64,000 nt of DNA from an uncultured Solirubrobacterales bacterium (GTDB taxonomy: Bacteria > Actinomycetota > Thermoleophilia > Solirubrobacterales > 70-9), in NCBI GenBank assembly GCA_963801245.1, contig CAWDEA010000004.1, positions 75,175-139,174 of the forward strand, given 5' to 3'. The notes beneath the pieces are model-generated. The model was not told the origin of the DNA and did not search any database. It saw only the letters and a list, made by a program, of their open reading frames with translations. Of this stretch, positions 1 through 11,404 are shown in pieces. Each line of letters starts with the position of its first letter. Position 1 is the stretch's first letter. The translations under genes and the position numbers were made by a program.

Positions 1-301
1 GGCCGCCGGGATGCTGCTCGGCAAGCGCTTCGAGGAGCTGGGGACGGTCGGGGCGGAGGAGTGGGGATCGCTCTTCGGGCCCTTCGACGAGAACGGCAAC
101 CCGATCCCCTACGACGAGCTGCCGCTGGTGGTTGCGGTCCGCAACGGCAGGCCCGCACACGCCGACTTCGAGATCAGCTCGGTCGACGGAGCCCGCCACC
201 GCATCGAGGCCTCGGCCTTCCCGATCCTCACCGCACACGGATCCCAAGGCGCGATCGCGGTGTTCTGGCCGGCCGGGTCGAGCAACGGGGCGGGACGCTG
301 A
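1..301 (+). CDS. PAS-domain protein, C-terminal end only (5' part lies upstream of window)
   Basis: Open frame enters from the window edge and stops at TGA 299-301. ...PIPYDELPLVVAVRNGRPAHADFEISSVDGARHRIEASAFPI...GAIAVFW resembles the last strands of a PAS fold. Call from motif memory only. Confidence 0.45.
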   Translation, partial: AAGMLLGKRFEELGTVGAEEWGSLFGPFDENGNPIPYDELPLVVAVRNGRPAHADFEISSVDGARHRIEASAFPILTAHGSQGAIAVFWPAGSSNGAGR

Positions 302-302
302 G

Positions 303-1185
303 ATGAAGGTCAAGCTCTGGGGCACGCGCGGGTCGGTCCCCTCCCCAGGGCCGGAGACGATCCGCTACGGCGGCAACACCTCCTGCGTCGGCGTCACCCT
401 CTCCGACGGCTCGATGCTGGCGCTCGACGCCGGCACCGGCATCCGCAGCCTCGGCCTGGCGCTCGCCGCCGAGCCGGCCCGGCTCCACATCCTGCTCACG
501 CACCTGCACCTCGACCACATCCAGGGCCTGGTCTTCTTCGCCCCCGCCTTCCGCGCCGCAGACCGAGATCGTGATCTGGGGGCCCGCCTCGCCCGAGGCC
601 TCGCTGCGCGACCGCATCGCCCGCTACATCTCGGCCCCGCTCTCGCCGGTCGAGGTGCGCGAGCTGCCCTGCGACGTCTCCTTCCGGCACTGCCCGGAGG
701 CCGAGTGGGAGATCGGCCCGGCGCGGATCCGCGCCGCCTCCGTCGCCCATCGCGGGCCGACGCTCGGCTACCGGATCGACGACGGCGATTCCTCGCTTGC
801 CTACATCCCCGACCACGAGCCGGCGCTCGGCGCCGACATCGACGCGCTCGAGGAGGACTGGATCTCCGGCCTCGGCCTGGCTCGCGACGCCTCGCTGCTG
901 ATCCACGACGGGCAGTACACGGATGCGGAGTACCCCGACCACATCGGCTGGGGCCACTCCTCGCTCTCTCACGCGGTTTCCTTCGCCCGCCGCGCCGCCG
1001 CCGACCGCACCCTCCTCTTCCACCACGACCCGATGCACAGCGACGCACAGCTCGACGCCCTGGGCGTCGCCGCCCGCGAGCGCTGGCTGCAGACGGGCGG
1101 GGCCGAGGGCGGCATGGAGCTTGCCGAAGAGGGCACGGAGTATGAGCTGGGGACGAGGGCCGCCAGCGCCGCCTCTGCAACCTGA
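303..1185 (+). pseudogene. MBL-fold metallo-hydrolase, frame broken once near 555-575
   Basis: ATG 303 lies 1 nt after the upstream stop. MKVKLWGTRGSVPSPG...LLTHLHLDHIQGLVFFAP (HxHxDH) continues as EIVIWGPASPE...YIPDHEP...LLFHHDPMHSD in the 571..1185 frame. Length is not a multiple of 3. Confidence 0.8.
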
Positions 1186-1232
1186 GTGTCAAAAAACAGC
1201 CAAATTGCGGTACCGCGCTACCCTGCGACGCG

Positions 1233-1847
1233 ATGTCGTCGACTCCGGGAATCGACGAGGCGATCGAGAGATCAGACCTGGTCAGGGACGCGCTGGAATT
1301 TGCGCGGCAAGCCCACGCGGGCCAGCTTCGCCGCGGCAGCGACGGCCGTCCCTACATCGAGCATCCGGTCGCCGTCGCCGAGCTCCTGCTCGGGCACCGC
1401 TACCGCGACGAGGTGGTGGCCGCCGCGCTGCTGCACGACGTGGTCGAGAAGAGCGAGACCGAGGCGGCCGAGGTGCGAGAGCGGTTCGGCGACACGGTGG
1501 GAGATCTGGTCGAGGCGCTGACCGAAGACGAGGCGATCCCCGCCTACGAGGAGCGCAAGGAGGAGCATCGCTGGCGCGTGGCCAAGACCGGTCCGGAGGC
1601 GCTGGCGATCTTCGCCGCAGACAAACTCACCAACGTGATGATGCTGCGCGAGGCCTACGCGCTGATCGACGAGAGCGTCAGCGAAGAACTTGCGGTCTCG
1701 CTCGACCTGAAGATCTACGTCTGGGAGGGCGACCTCGAAATGCTCTTCGACGAGGCGCCCGACATGGAGCTCACCGACCAGCTCGCCGACGAGATGGTCG
1801 GCCTCTGGGGCGATCGCTTCAGGGCCGTTCGCGCCTCTCAAGACTGA
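1233..1847 (+). CDS. HD-domain phosphohydrolase (SpoT/RelA-hydrolase-like)
   Basis: Intact 204-aa ORF. FARQAHAGQLRRGSDGRPYIEHPVAVAELL ... AAALLHDVVE gives the H...HD signature. Confidence 0.8.
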   Translation: MSSTPGIDEAIERSDLVRDALEFARQAHAGQLRRGSDGRPYIEHPVAVAELLLGHRYRDEVVAAALLHDVVEKSETEAAEVRERFGDTVGDLVEALTEDEAIPAYEERKEEHRWRVAKTGPEALAIFAADKLTNVMMLREAYALIDESVSEELAVSLDLKIYVWEGDLEMLFDEAPDMELTDQLADEMVGLWGDRFRAVRASQD

Positions 1848-1870
1848 GCCTGCGCGTAGGATCGGGCCGC

Positions 1871-2548
1871 ATGGGACGGCTGGGGGTGATCCTGGGCAGC
1901 AACGGGCTCGGGCCGGAGGGCGAGAACGTCGCGGCCACCGCGGCCGGGCACGGCGCCCGGGTGCTGCAGCGCCACGACGGCGGCGGCGCCTACACCCTCC
2001 CCCATCGCATCGACCACGCGGCCAATCTCCGCGCGCTCGCCGAGCAGGGCTGCGACAGGGTGCTGGCGATCGGCTCGGTCGGCTCGCTGCACGCCGAGCT
2101 GCCGGTCGGGAGCCTCGTCTGCCCGGACGACTTCATCGCCCTCCAGCTCGGGCTGAGCGCACTCGACGACGTGCGGGCGCACCGCCCGCCGGGCTTCGAC
2201 CGCGGGTGGCGCGAGCGAGTGCTCTCGGCCTGGCGCGAGGCAGGTGCGGGCGAGCTGCGCGACGGCGGCGTCTACTGGCAGGCGATCGGGCCGCGCTTCG
2301 AGACGCCGGCGGAGATCCGGCTGATCGCCGCGCACGCCGACCTGGTCGGGATGACGGTCGCCTCGGAGTGCGTCGTCGCCGGCGAGCTCGGGCTCGCCTA
2401 CGCCGCCGTCTGCGTGGTCGACAACCTCGCCAACGGCGTCGGGCCCGGCGAGCTCAGCGTCGAGGAGATGGAGCGCCACCGCGCCGCGAACGTCGCCCGG
2501 CTCCGCGACGCGATCGACGCGGTGGCGCCCCTGCTTGCCGATGGCTGA
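1871..2548 (+). CDS. purine-nucleoside / 5'-methylthioadenosine phosphorylase family protein
   Basis: MGRLGVILGSNG..., LAIGSVGSL, LVGMTVASECVVAGELGLAYAAVCVVDN match PNP/MTAP family blocks. ATG 1871 lies inside the longer 923..2548 ORF. The stop overlaps the next gene. Confidence 0.75.
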   Translation: MGRLGVILGSNGLGPEGENVAATAAGHGARVLQRHDGGGAYTLPHRIDHAANLRALAEQGCDRVLAIGSVGSLHAELPVGSLVCPDDFIALQLGLSALDDVRAHRPPGFDRGWRERVLSAWREAGAGELRDGGVYWQAIGPRFETPAEIRLIAAHADLVGMTVASECVVAGELGLAYAAVCVVDNLANGVGPGELSVEEMERHRAANVARLRDAIDAVAPLLADG

Positions 2549-3798
2549 GGCGCCGCTTGCCGTAACCGGGGCCGTCCTCGACGGCACGGTCGTCGGGCTG
2601 CGCTGCGAGGGCGGGACGATCGTCGCGCTCGGTCCCGGGGTCGAGCCCGAGCCGGGCGACGAGACGATCGACGCGGCGGGCGCGCCGCTTGTCGCGCCGC
2701 TCGTCAACGGCCACACCCACGCCGCGATGACGCTCTTCCGCGGCTACGGCGGCGACCTGCCGCTGATGCGCTGGCTGCGCGAGGTGGTCTGGCCGGTGGA
2801 GGCGAAGCTCGAGCCCGACGACGTCTACTGGGGCACGCGACTCGCCTGCCTGGAGATGATCCGCAGCGGGACCACCCGCTTCTGGGACATGTACTGGCAC
2901 CCCGGCGCCACCGCCCGCGCGGTCGAGGACGCCGGGCTGCGGGCGACGATCGGCGGCCCGCTCTTCGACGCCGACGGCGACACCGCAGCGCATGCGGGAG
3001 ACCGCACTGGGCAACCTCGACGAGCTGGCCGGGTTCGGGCCGCGGATCGGGACGCGCGCTCGCCCCGCACGCGATCTACACGGTCAGCGAGGAGCTGCTG
3101 CGCTGGATCGCGGAGACGGCCGCCGAGCGCGGGGTCGCCGGTCCACATCCACCTCTCCGAGACCGAGCAGGAGGTGAGCGACTGCGTCGAGCGGCACGGG
3201 GCGCGGCCGGCCGCCTACCTCGACCGGCTCGGGCTGCTGGGCGAGCGCACCGTCCTCGCCCACGGCGTCTGGCTCGACCGCGAGGAGCTGGAGCTGATCG
3301 CCGCGCGCGGCTGCACGGTCGTCACCAACCCGGTCGCCAACATGAAGCTCGCGGTCGGCGGGGTGTTCCCCTATCCGGCGGCACGGGAGGCCGGGGTCGC
3401 GGTCGGCCTCGGCACCGACGGTCCCGGCTCCAACGACTCGCTCGACCTGCTCGCGGACCTGAAGCTCTTCGCCCTGGTGCAGCGCCACGCCACCGGCGAC
3501 CCGACCGTCCTGCCCGCCAGGGAGGCCTGGGGGATCGCCACCGGTGCCGCGGCGCCCCTGCTCGGCGCCGGCGAGCTCCGCGCCGGGGGACCGGCGGACT
3601 TCCTGCTGCTGCAGCGCGAGCTCGCCGGAGCTGAGCCTCGGCGACCTGCACTCCGACCTCGTCTACGCGGCGAGCGGCTCGATCGTCGACACCACCGTGG
3701 TGGCGGGGAAGGTGCTGATGCGGGGAGGCACGGTGCCGGGCAGCGAGGAGATCGTCGCCCGGGCAGTGGAGCGATCTAAGCGGCTCGGGATCGGCTGA
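2541..3798 (+). pseudogene. amidohydrolase, MTA/SAH-deaminase-like, four frame breaks
   Basis: LVNGHTHAAMTLFRGYGGDLPLMRWL..., then MRETALGNLDELAGFGPRI (2992 frame). Next VALAPHAIYTVSEELLRWIAETAAERG (third frame), then VHIHLSETEQEV...GLGTDGPGSNDSLDL. The C-end LSLGDLHSDLVYAASGS...RLGIG is in the 3544..3798 frame. Breaks near 2985, 3050, 3140, 3620. Confidence 0.8.
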
Positions 3799-4993
3799 CG
3801 CCGAGCGCGACGTGCCCCACGCACGCCGCGAAGAGCCCGGCCGAGGCGGCGAGCAACAGTGCCGCCCGCGGGTCGTAGGCCTCCGAGAGCCAGCCGACGA
3901 GCGGCGCGCCGATCGGAGTCGAGCCGAGGAAGACGACCGAGTAGAGCGCCATCACGCGGCCGCGCATCTGCGGCTCGACGAAGAGCTGCAGCGAGGAGTT
4001 GATCGTGGCGGCGAAGGTGACGGCGGAGGCGCCGAGCAGCGCCAGCACCGGGATCTCCAGTGCCAGGCTCGGCATCAGCGCGGCCAGCAGCGCCGCCAGG
4101 CCGAAGGTGAGCGCTGCGCCGACGATCAGGCGCCGGTCGGCACGGCCGCGGGCGCCGGTGAGCAGGGCGCCGAGGACCGAGCCGGCCCCCATTGCCGAGA
4201 CCAGCGCCGCGTAGGCGCTGGGCCCGCCCTCGAAGCTGAAGCGGGCGAGCAGCGGCAGGATGACCTGGAAGTTGAGGCCGAACGTGCCGACGATGGCCAT
4301 CAGGCCCAGCGGCACCGCCAGCTCGGGCGTGTGGCGCACGTAACGCAGGCCCGCGCGAACGGCGCCGGGCTCGCGGGCGACGCGGGGAGGCGCGTCGAGC
4401 TCGGCCGGGTCCATCCGCCAGAGCGCGAAGATCATCGCCGAGAAGGTGAGGGCGTTGAGGGCGAAGCAGGGCTCGACGCCGGCGCCGACGATCAGCAGGC
4501 CCGCCAGGGTCGGCCCGATGAGCCGGGCCGAGTGGATCAGCACGCTGTTGAGGCTGACCGCGTTGACGACCCGGTCGGGGCCGACCATCTCGATCGCGAA
4601 GCTCTGCCTGGTCGGGTTGTCGACGGCGTTGACCGTGCCGCGGAGGAAGACGAGGACGAAGACCATCCAGGGAGCGACGACGCCGCCCAGCGAGACCGCC
4701 AGCAGGATCAGCGCCGGCACGGCCATCAGCGCCTGGGTCGCCATCAGCAGGCTGCGCTTCGGGAAGCGGTCGGCGAGCACGCCGCCCCAGGCGCCGAAGA
4801 GCAGGATCGGGAGGAACTGCAGGGCCGTCGTCATCCCGACCGCGAGGCCGCTGCCGGTCAGCGAGAGGATCAGCCAGACCTCGGCGACCATCTGCATCCA
4901 GTTCCCGGACAGCGAGACGATCTGCCCGGCGAAGTAGCGGCGGTAGTTGGGGACGGCGAGGGAGTCGAAGCTGCGCCTGACGGCGGCGCTCAC
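3776..4993 (-). CDS. MFS transporter (EntS/MFS_3-like)
   Basis: Intact 405-aa hydrophobic multi-TM ORF with N-terminus SFDSLAVPNYRRYFAGQIVSLSGNWMQ. 4-nt overlap with the upstream marR-type gene. Confidence 0.85.
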   Translation of the reverse strand: MSAAVRRSFDSLAVPNYRRYFAGQIVSLSGNWMQMVAEVWLILSLTGSGLAVGMTTALQFLPILLFGAWGGVLADRFPKRSLLMATQALMAVPALILLAVSLGGVVAPWMVFVLVFLRGTVNAVDNPTRQSFAIEMVGPDRVVNAVSLNSVLIHSARLIGPTLAGLLIVGAGVEPCFALNALTFSAMIFALWRMDPAELDAPPRVAREPGAVRAGLRYVRHTPELAVPLGLMAIVGTFGLNFQVILPLLARFSFEGGPSAYAALVSAMGAGSVLGALLTGARGRADRRLIVGAALTFGLAALLAALMPSLALEIPVLALLGASAVTFAATINSSLQLFVEPQMRGRVMALYSVVFLGSTPIGAPLVGWLSEAYDPRAALLLAASAGLFAACVGHVALGVSRSRAA

Positions 4994-5454
4994 CGTCTCC
5001 CCTCCTCGAGGATCCCCTCGAGGATCGTCGCGGCACGGTCCAGCGCCTCGACGTCGGCGGCGGGAAGGTCGCGCATTCGCCGGGCCAAGTAGGCGTTCTT
5101 GCGCCCGCGCAGGCGGCGCAGCCGCTCGCGGCCGGCGGCGTTGACGCTGACCAGGGCGCTGCGGCCGTCGGCGGGGTCGGGAGCGCGGTCGATCAGCCCG
5201 GCCTCGAGCAGGACCCGCAGGATGCGGGTCGCGGTGGGTCGCTTGATCCGCTCGATCGCCGCCAGCTCGCTCGGCGTGAGCGGCCCGTGCCGCTCCACCG
5301 TCGCCAGCGCCGACCCCGCGGTCGGCGTCAGCTCCGCGCCCTCCCCCGCCGCCTCCTGGCGCAGCCGCCGCGCCGTCCGCACGATCGCCATCCGCAGCCG
5401 GGCGGCGGTCTCGGTGAGCTGGGTGAGCTGGGTGTCGGAGGTCTCGGCGGTCAT
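4990..5454 (-). CDS. MarR-family transcriptional regulator
   Basis: Winged-helix block LTPTAGSALATVERHGPLTPSELAAIERIKRPTATRILRVLLEAGLIDR. Operonic with the MFS gene. Confidence 0.9.
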   Translation of the reverse strand: MTAETSDTQLTQLTETAARLRMAIVRTARRLRQEAAGEGAELTPTAGSALATVERHGPLTPSELAAIERIKRPTATRILRVLLEAGLIDRAPDPADGRSALVSVNAAGRERLRRLRGRKNAYLARRMRDLPAADVEALDRAATILEGILEEGRR

Positions 5455-5509
5455 TGATTAGCCTTGGTAATTAGTTTAGCAAATCACTCTCCACTCTCAC
5501 CCATACGAT

Positions 5510-6554
5510 GTGGCCGTGGCGGAGTCGGCAGAAGGGGCGATCGCGGAGCAGCTGCGCTGGCAGGCCGAGGCCTGCCGGATGATCGGGTCGCCCCTGTATG
5601 CGGCGCTGCTGGAGCAAGCCGCGGAGGACGTCGAGGCGCGCGGGCCGGTGTGGGAGGTTCTGCGCGGCCACGAGGACGACCCACGGTTCTCGGTGCTCGG
5701 CCTGCGGTTGCTGGGAACGGTGAACCGCATGGTCATCCAGGGACGGGAGCCGGAGCTCGCCTCAGCCTACGAGGCACGCGACGCGTCGCGTGCCTGGGGG
5801 CTGCTTCGCGACGCGATCGAGCGCAACGCCGCCGAGCTGCGCCCGCTGGTCGACCTGCCGGTGCAGACGAACGAGGTCGGCCGCTGCAACGCGCTGCTCT
5901 TCGGGTTCCTGACCGTGGCCGCCGAGACCGCCCTGCCCCTGCGGCTGCTCGAGGTCGGCGCCAGCGCCGGGCTCAACCTGCGCTGGGACCGCTTCGGCTA
6001 CAGGGCGGACGGGTTCTCCTGGGGCCCAGCCGACTCGCCCCTGCAGCTCGAGTTCGAGCTCGACGGGAACGGCGCCGGAGCTGCCGGCGACCGTCGAGAT
6101 CGCCGAGCGGCGAGGTTGCGACGCGAACCCGGTCGACGCCTCGACCCCGGAGGGCCGGCTGACCCTGCTCTCCTACATCTGGCCCGACCAGCCCGAGCGG
6201 ATCGCTCGCATGCAGGCCGCCCTGGCGGTGGCCGAGGAGGTCCCGGTCGCGATCGAGCGCGAGACCGCGAGCGCCTGGACCGAGCGGGCGCTGGCGGAGC
6301 CCGCCCCCGGCCGGGCCACCGTGCTCTACCACTCGATCGTCAGCCAGTACCTGAGCGACGAGGAGCGCGAGGCCTTCTTCGGACACATCGAAGCCGCCGG
6401 CGAAAGGGCGAGAGACGACGCGCCGCTGGCCTGGCTGCGGATGGAGCCGGCCGACGACCGCGCCGACCTGGAGCTGACGCTCTGGCCCGGCGGCGAGACC
6501 CGCCGCATCGCTCGCGTGGGCTATCACGGCACACCCGTCGAGCTGAATACATGA
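5510..6554 (+). pseudogene. DUF2332-like protein, one frame break near 6070
   Basis: N-part IAEQLRWQAEACRMIGSPLYAALLEQAAEDVEARGPVWEVL...LLEVGASAGLNLRWDRFGY. It continues ELPATVEIAERRGCDANPVD...LLSYIWPDQPERIARMQAALAVAEE...LYHSIVSQYLSDEER in the 6210..6554 frame. Confidence 0.7.
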
Positions 6555-6590
6555 ACCGAGCATCTGGATCTGTTGCTACGGTGCTTCGCG

Positions 6591-7223
6591 ATGAGCCTCC
6601 TGCAAGCGCGGCTCGCTTCGGCAGGGCCGTCGCGTCGACGCCCACTCACGTCGCTGCAACTGCGCGCTGCCGCCTTGCTGAGTGGCGGCGCTCTCTTGGT
6701 TCACGAGCTCCGCTATCTCGCCGGACTTGGCGGTGAGTCCGGACACGTCCTCACCCTCCATGGCCACTCCTACCTGACGTTCGCCACCACGCTCGTCGCC
6801 TCGACCTGCGTCTGCGCGCTCGCGTTGTTCTTCGTCGTCGTGATCAATGGAGGCATGGAGCCCAGCCGCGTCCGACGCTCCATCTGGCGCCTTGCACTCA
6901 CCGCGACGCTGGCGCTGATCGCCATCTACACGGTGCAGGAGACCCTTCACGGCGTTATCTCGGCCGGGCATCTCAGCGGCGTCGCGGGGGTTCTCGACGG
7001 CGAGGGATGGATAGCGTTCCTCTTCGCGGCTGCGGCCGGCCCGATCGTCGCATTGTTGCTTCGAGGGGCAGATTTCGTGTTGGCGCGCGTCCTCCGCCGT
7101 AGCCCTCATGTCCGCCCCGTCGCAGGGTCGTCCGCCCCGTCGCCAGGATCCGTGACGGTCCGCCTTCGCTCAGGGCTGGCCCGCCACCTCTCTGGCCGGG
7201 CACCGCCGCCGTCCCTCGCCTAG
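6591..7223 (+). CDS. hypothetical membrane protein
   Basis: ORF with about 4 hydrophobic segments (ALLSGGALLVHEL, TFATTLVASTCVCALALFFVVVI, LALTATLALIAIYTV, WIAFLFAAAAGPIVALLL). No family recognised. Start uncertain (TTG 6573 / ATG 6591). Confidence 0.45.
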   Translation: MSLLQARLASAGPSRRRPLTSLQLRAAALLSGGALLVHELRYLAGLGGESGHVLTLHGHSYLTFATTLVASTCVCALALFFVVVINGGMEPSRVRRSIWRLALTATLALIAIYTVQETLHGVISAGHLSGVAGVLDGEGWIAFLFAAAAGPIVALLLRGADFVLARVLRRSPHVRPVAGSSAPSPGSVTVRLRSGLARHLSGRAPPPSLA

Positions 7224-7328
7224 CGCAGCCAAGCGAAGCACCGGGCTGCTTTCGCGCAGCTCGGTGCTCTGGTGGTACCGGGCTTGGCGCAATCGCCAGA
7301 CAGAAATGCAGATCGAGTGAGGATCTCG

Positions 7329-8516
7329 ATGAGCGTCGACGAACAAGTTGCAAAGAACATAAAGCGCGTGCCTTCCAGCCGGAAGCACGACGTCGCGATC
7401 TACGCGCCTCTTGCGGGCAGCTACTACGGCGAGGAAGCCGTGATCGGAGGGGCCGAGATCCAGACGATCATGCTGGCGCGCGACCTCGTTGCCCGCGGGC
7501 TTCGCGTGGCACACATCGTCTACCCGCTGAGGGGCAATCCGGAGATCGAGGAGGCCCCGACGCTGATCGAGCGACCCGCTTGGCCCGGTCGCGGCAGGCG
7601 CGCCATGGCACGAGAGGCGCTCGCCATATGGCAGGGCCTGCGAGACGCGGACGCCCATTCCTATGTGGTGCGCGGCGGTGGGGGCCATGTGGTCGTTGCG
7701 GCCGCGTTCTGCAGGGCACATCGACGACCGCTGGTCTTCTCCTCCTCCAACGACCTCGATTTCAACTTCGAGCGCAGGGATCGCAATCGCTACGTCCTGG
7801 CCGCCTATCGAAGAAGCCTGCAGGCGACGAGCAGGATGGTCGTGCAAACCCGCCAGCAACGAGAGCTGGCTCGTGAGCTTGGCTTCGATCCCATCCAGAT
7901 TCCCAGCTTCACGCAGCACGCCGAGCGATCCGGCGAAGAGCCGCAGTACTTCCTGTGGGCGAATCGACTGGTTCACTACAAGCTCCCCGAGCGCTACCTC
8001 GACCTCGCCGAAGCTCTGCCAGAGGCGCGCTTCCTGATGGTCGCCGGCGAGACGAGCGAGACCTCGGCAGACCTCGCCAGGCGTGTGCACGAGCGCGCCG
8101 AGCGGTTGCCGAACCTGGAGCTGGTTCCCAGCCGGCCGCGGGCTCAACTGCATGATGAGATGGGCCGCTGCACCGCGGTGGTCACGACCTCCGAAGTCGA
8201 GGGAATGCCGAATATGTTTCTCGAGGCATGGGCCCGCGGCATCCCCGTGCTCTCGCTGAACGTCGACCCGGACGGAGGTATCGAGCAGCACGGGCTCGGC
8301 TTGCTCGGCAAGGGCTCGATGGACCGCCTGGTCGAAGGAGCCCGCTCGCTCTGGAACGATGACCGGCTGCGCACGGAGATCGGCGACCGGGGCAGGAGGT
8401 TCGTCGGCGAGCGCCACTCGATCGACGCCGTGGGCGAGCAATGGGCCGAGCTCCTCGAGGAGCTCGGCTCCGGGCGAGGCCAACGGCCAGATCGGCAACT
8501 CGTGGGGTCGAGGTAG
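7329..8516 (+). CDS. glycosyltransferase family 4 (GT-B, retaining)
   Basis: Intact ORF. GGAEIQTIMLARDLVARG N-terminal block and EGMPNMFLE (E-x7-E) C-terminal block. Visibly lower GC and more A/T-ending codons than the neighbours. Confidence 0.8.
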   Translation: MSVDEQVAKNIKRVPSSRKHDVAIYAPLAGSYYGEEAVIGGAEIQTIMLARDLVARGLRVAHIVYPLRGNPEIEEAPTLIERPAWPGRGRRAMAREALAIWQGLRDADAHSYVVRGGGGHVVVAAAFCRAHRRPLVFSSSNDLDFNFERRDRNRYVLAAYRRSLQATSRMVVQTRQQRELARELGFDPIQIPSFTQHAERSGEEPQYFLWANRLVHYKLPERYLDLAEALPEARFLMVAGETSETSADLARRVHERAERLPNLELVPSRPRAQLHDEMGRCTAVVTTSEVEGMPNMFLEAWARGIPVLSLNVDPDGGIEQHGLGLLGKGSMDRLVEGARSLWNDDRLRTEIGDRGRRFVGERHSIDAVGEQWAELLEELGSGRGQRPDRQLVGSR

Positions 8517-8548
8517 GCACCGAGCGGGACGCGTCGAATCAGACGCGG

Positions 8549-9358
8549 ATGGGGCCTGAGACAGAGACGCGGCCGGTGCGCTACGCGCCGGGGATGGACG
8601 CGCGCAGCACGCGGGTCGCGGAACGGCTGGACGCGCCGATGATGGTCGCGGCGGCGCTGACGATCCCGATGGTGGCGATCGGCGAGTCGCATCCGGGCGG
8701 CCTGCTCAAGGACGTGGCGATCGCGCTCAACTGGATCACCTGGCTGGCCTTCGGGATCGAGCTCGTGGTGATGCTGGCGGTCGTCCCCAACCGCCGGGCC
8801 TGGCTGCGCCACAACCCGCTCGACCTGATCATCGTCTTCCTCACCCCGCCGATCCTGCCGGCGGGACTGCAGGGCCTGCGGGCGCTGCGGCTGCTTCGCC
8901 TCCTGCGACTGCTGCGCCTCGCCCAGCTCTCGCGCGAGGTCTTCTCGCTGGAGGGCCTGCACTACGCGTTGCTGCTCTCGGTCCTGACCGTGGTGGGCGG
9001 CGGCGCCCTGTTCGTCGCCTTCGAGAAGGACAGCCAGCACCTGACCGCCTGGGAAGGGATCTACTGGGCGGTGACGACGATGACCACGCTCGGCTCGAGC
9101 ATCTACCCGACGACGACCGGCGGCGACATCGTCTCGGTCTCGATCCTGATCGTCGGCATCGGCTTCGTCGCGCTGCTCACCGGCGCCTTCGCCCAGCGCT
9201 TCCTCAGCCCCGAAATCGCCGAGATCGAGGAAGAGCTGGAGAGTGAGCAAGCCTCAGCGGAGGAAATCGCCCTGCGCGAGCTGCGCAACGTTCAGGAACA
9301 GCTGCAAGCGCTCTCGCTCGCGGTCGAGCGCCTGGCAACCGAACGCACCACCCGCTGA
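8549..9358 (+). CDS. voltage-gated-type ion channel protein with non-canonical pore filter
   Basis: S4-like LRALRLLRLLRLLRLAQLSR, pore helix WEGIYWAVTTMTTLGSSIYP, S6 IVSVSILIVGIGFVALLTGAFA, acidic coiled-coil tail. Start ATG 8549 (alternative 8594). Confidence 0.8.
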   Translation: MGPETETRPVRYAPGMDARSTRVAERLDAPMMVAAALTIPMVAIGESHPGGLLKDVAIALNWITWLAFGIELVVMLAVVPNRRAWLRHNPLDLIIVFLTPPILPAGLQGLRALRLLRLLRLLRLAQLSREVFSLEGLHYALLLSVLTVVGGGALFVAFEKDSQHLTAWEGIYWAVTTMTTLGSSIYPTTTGGDIVSVSILIVGIGFVALLTGAFAQRFLSPEIAEIEEELESEQASAEEIALRELRNVQEQLQALSLAVERLATERTTR

Positions 9359-9360
9359 GG

Positions 9361-11340
<1,980 letters not shown>

Positions 11341-11404
11341 CGGACTCCCTTCCTCGCCGCTACCCTGGGGGCGAACCGTACCCGTTCCGAATTCGCCCGA
11401 CCAA

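Noticed and set aside
5455-5509. AT-rich divergent spacer between marR and the DUF2332 gene, with an imperfect palindrome tgattagcc...gcaaatca as a MarR box.
   Set aside because: Only the outer 5 nt and scattered inner positions are complementary. It is plausible as a promoter region but not convincing as a defined operator.
7170-8498. Long antisense ORFs overlapping recognised genes (for example 365..1192-, 7170..8498-, 9568..11793+, 21656..23152+, 52168..53775-, 61045..62442-).
   Set aside because: Their products are Arg/Pro/Gly/Ala-rich low-complexity strings with no motifs. They lie opposite genes with clear family signatures. Stop-poor shadow frames are expected in very GC-rich DNA.
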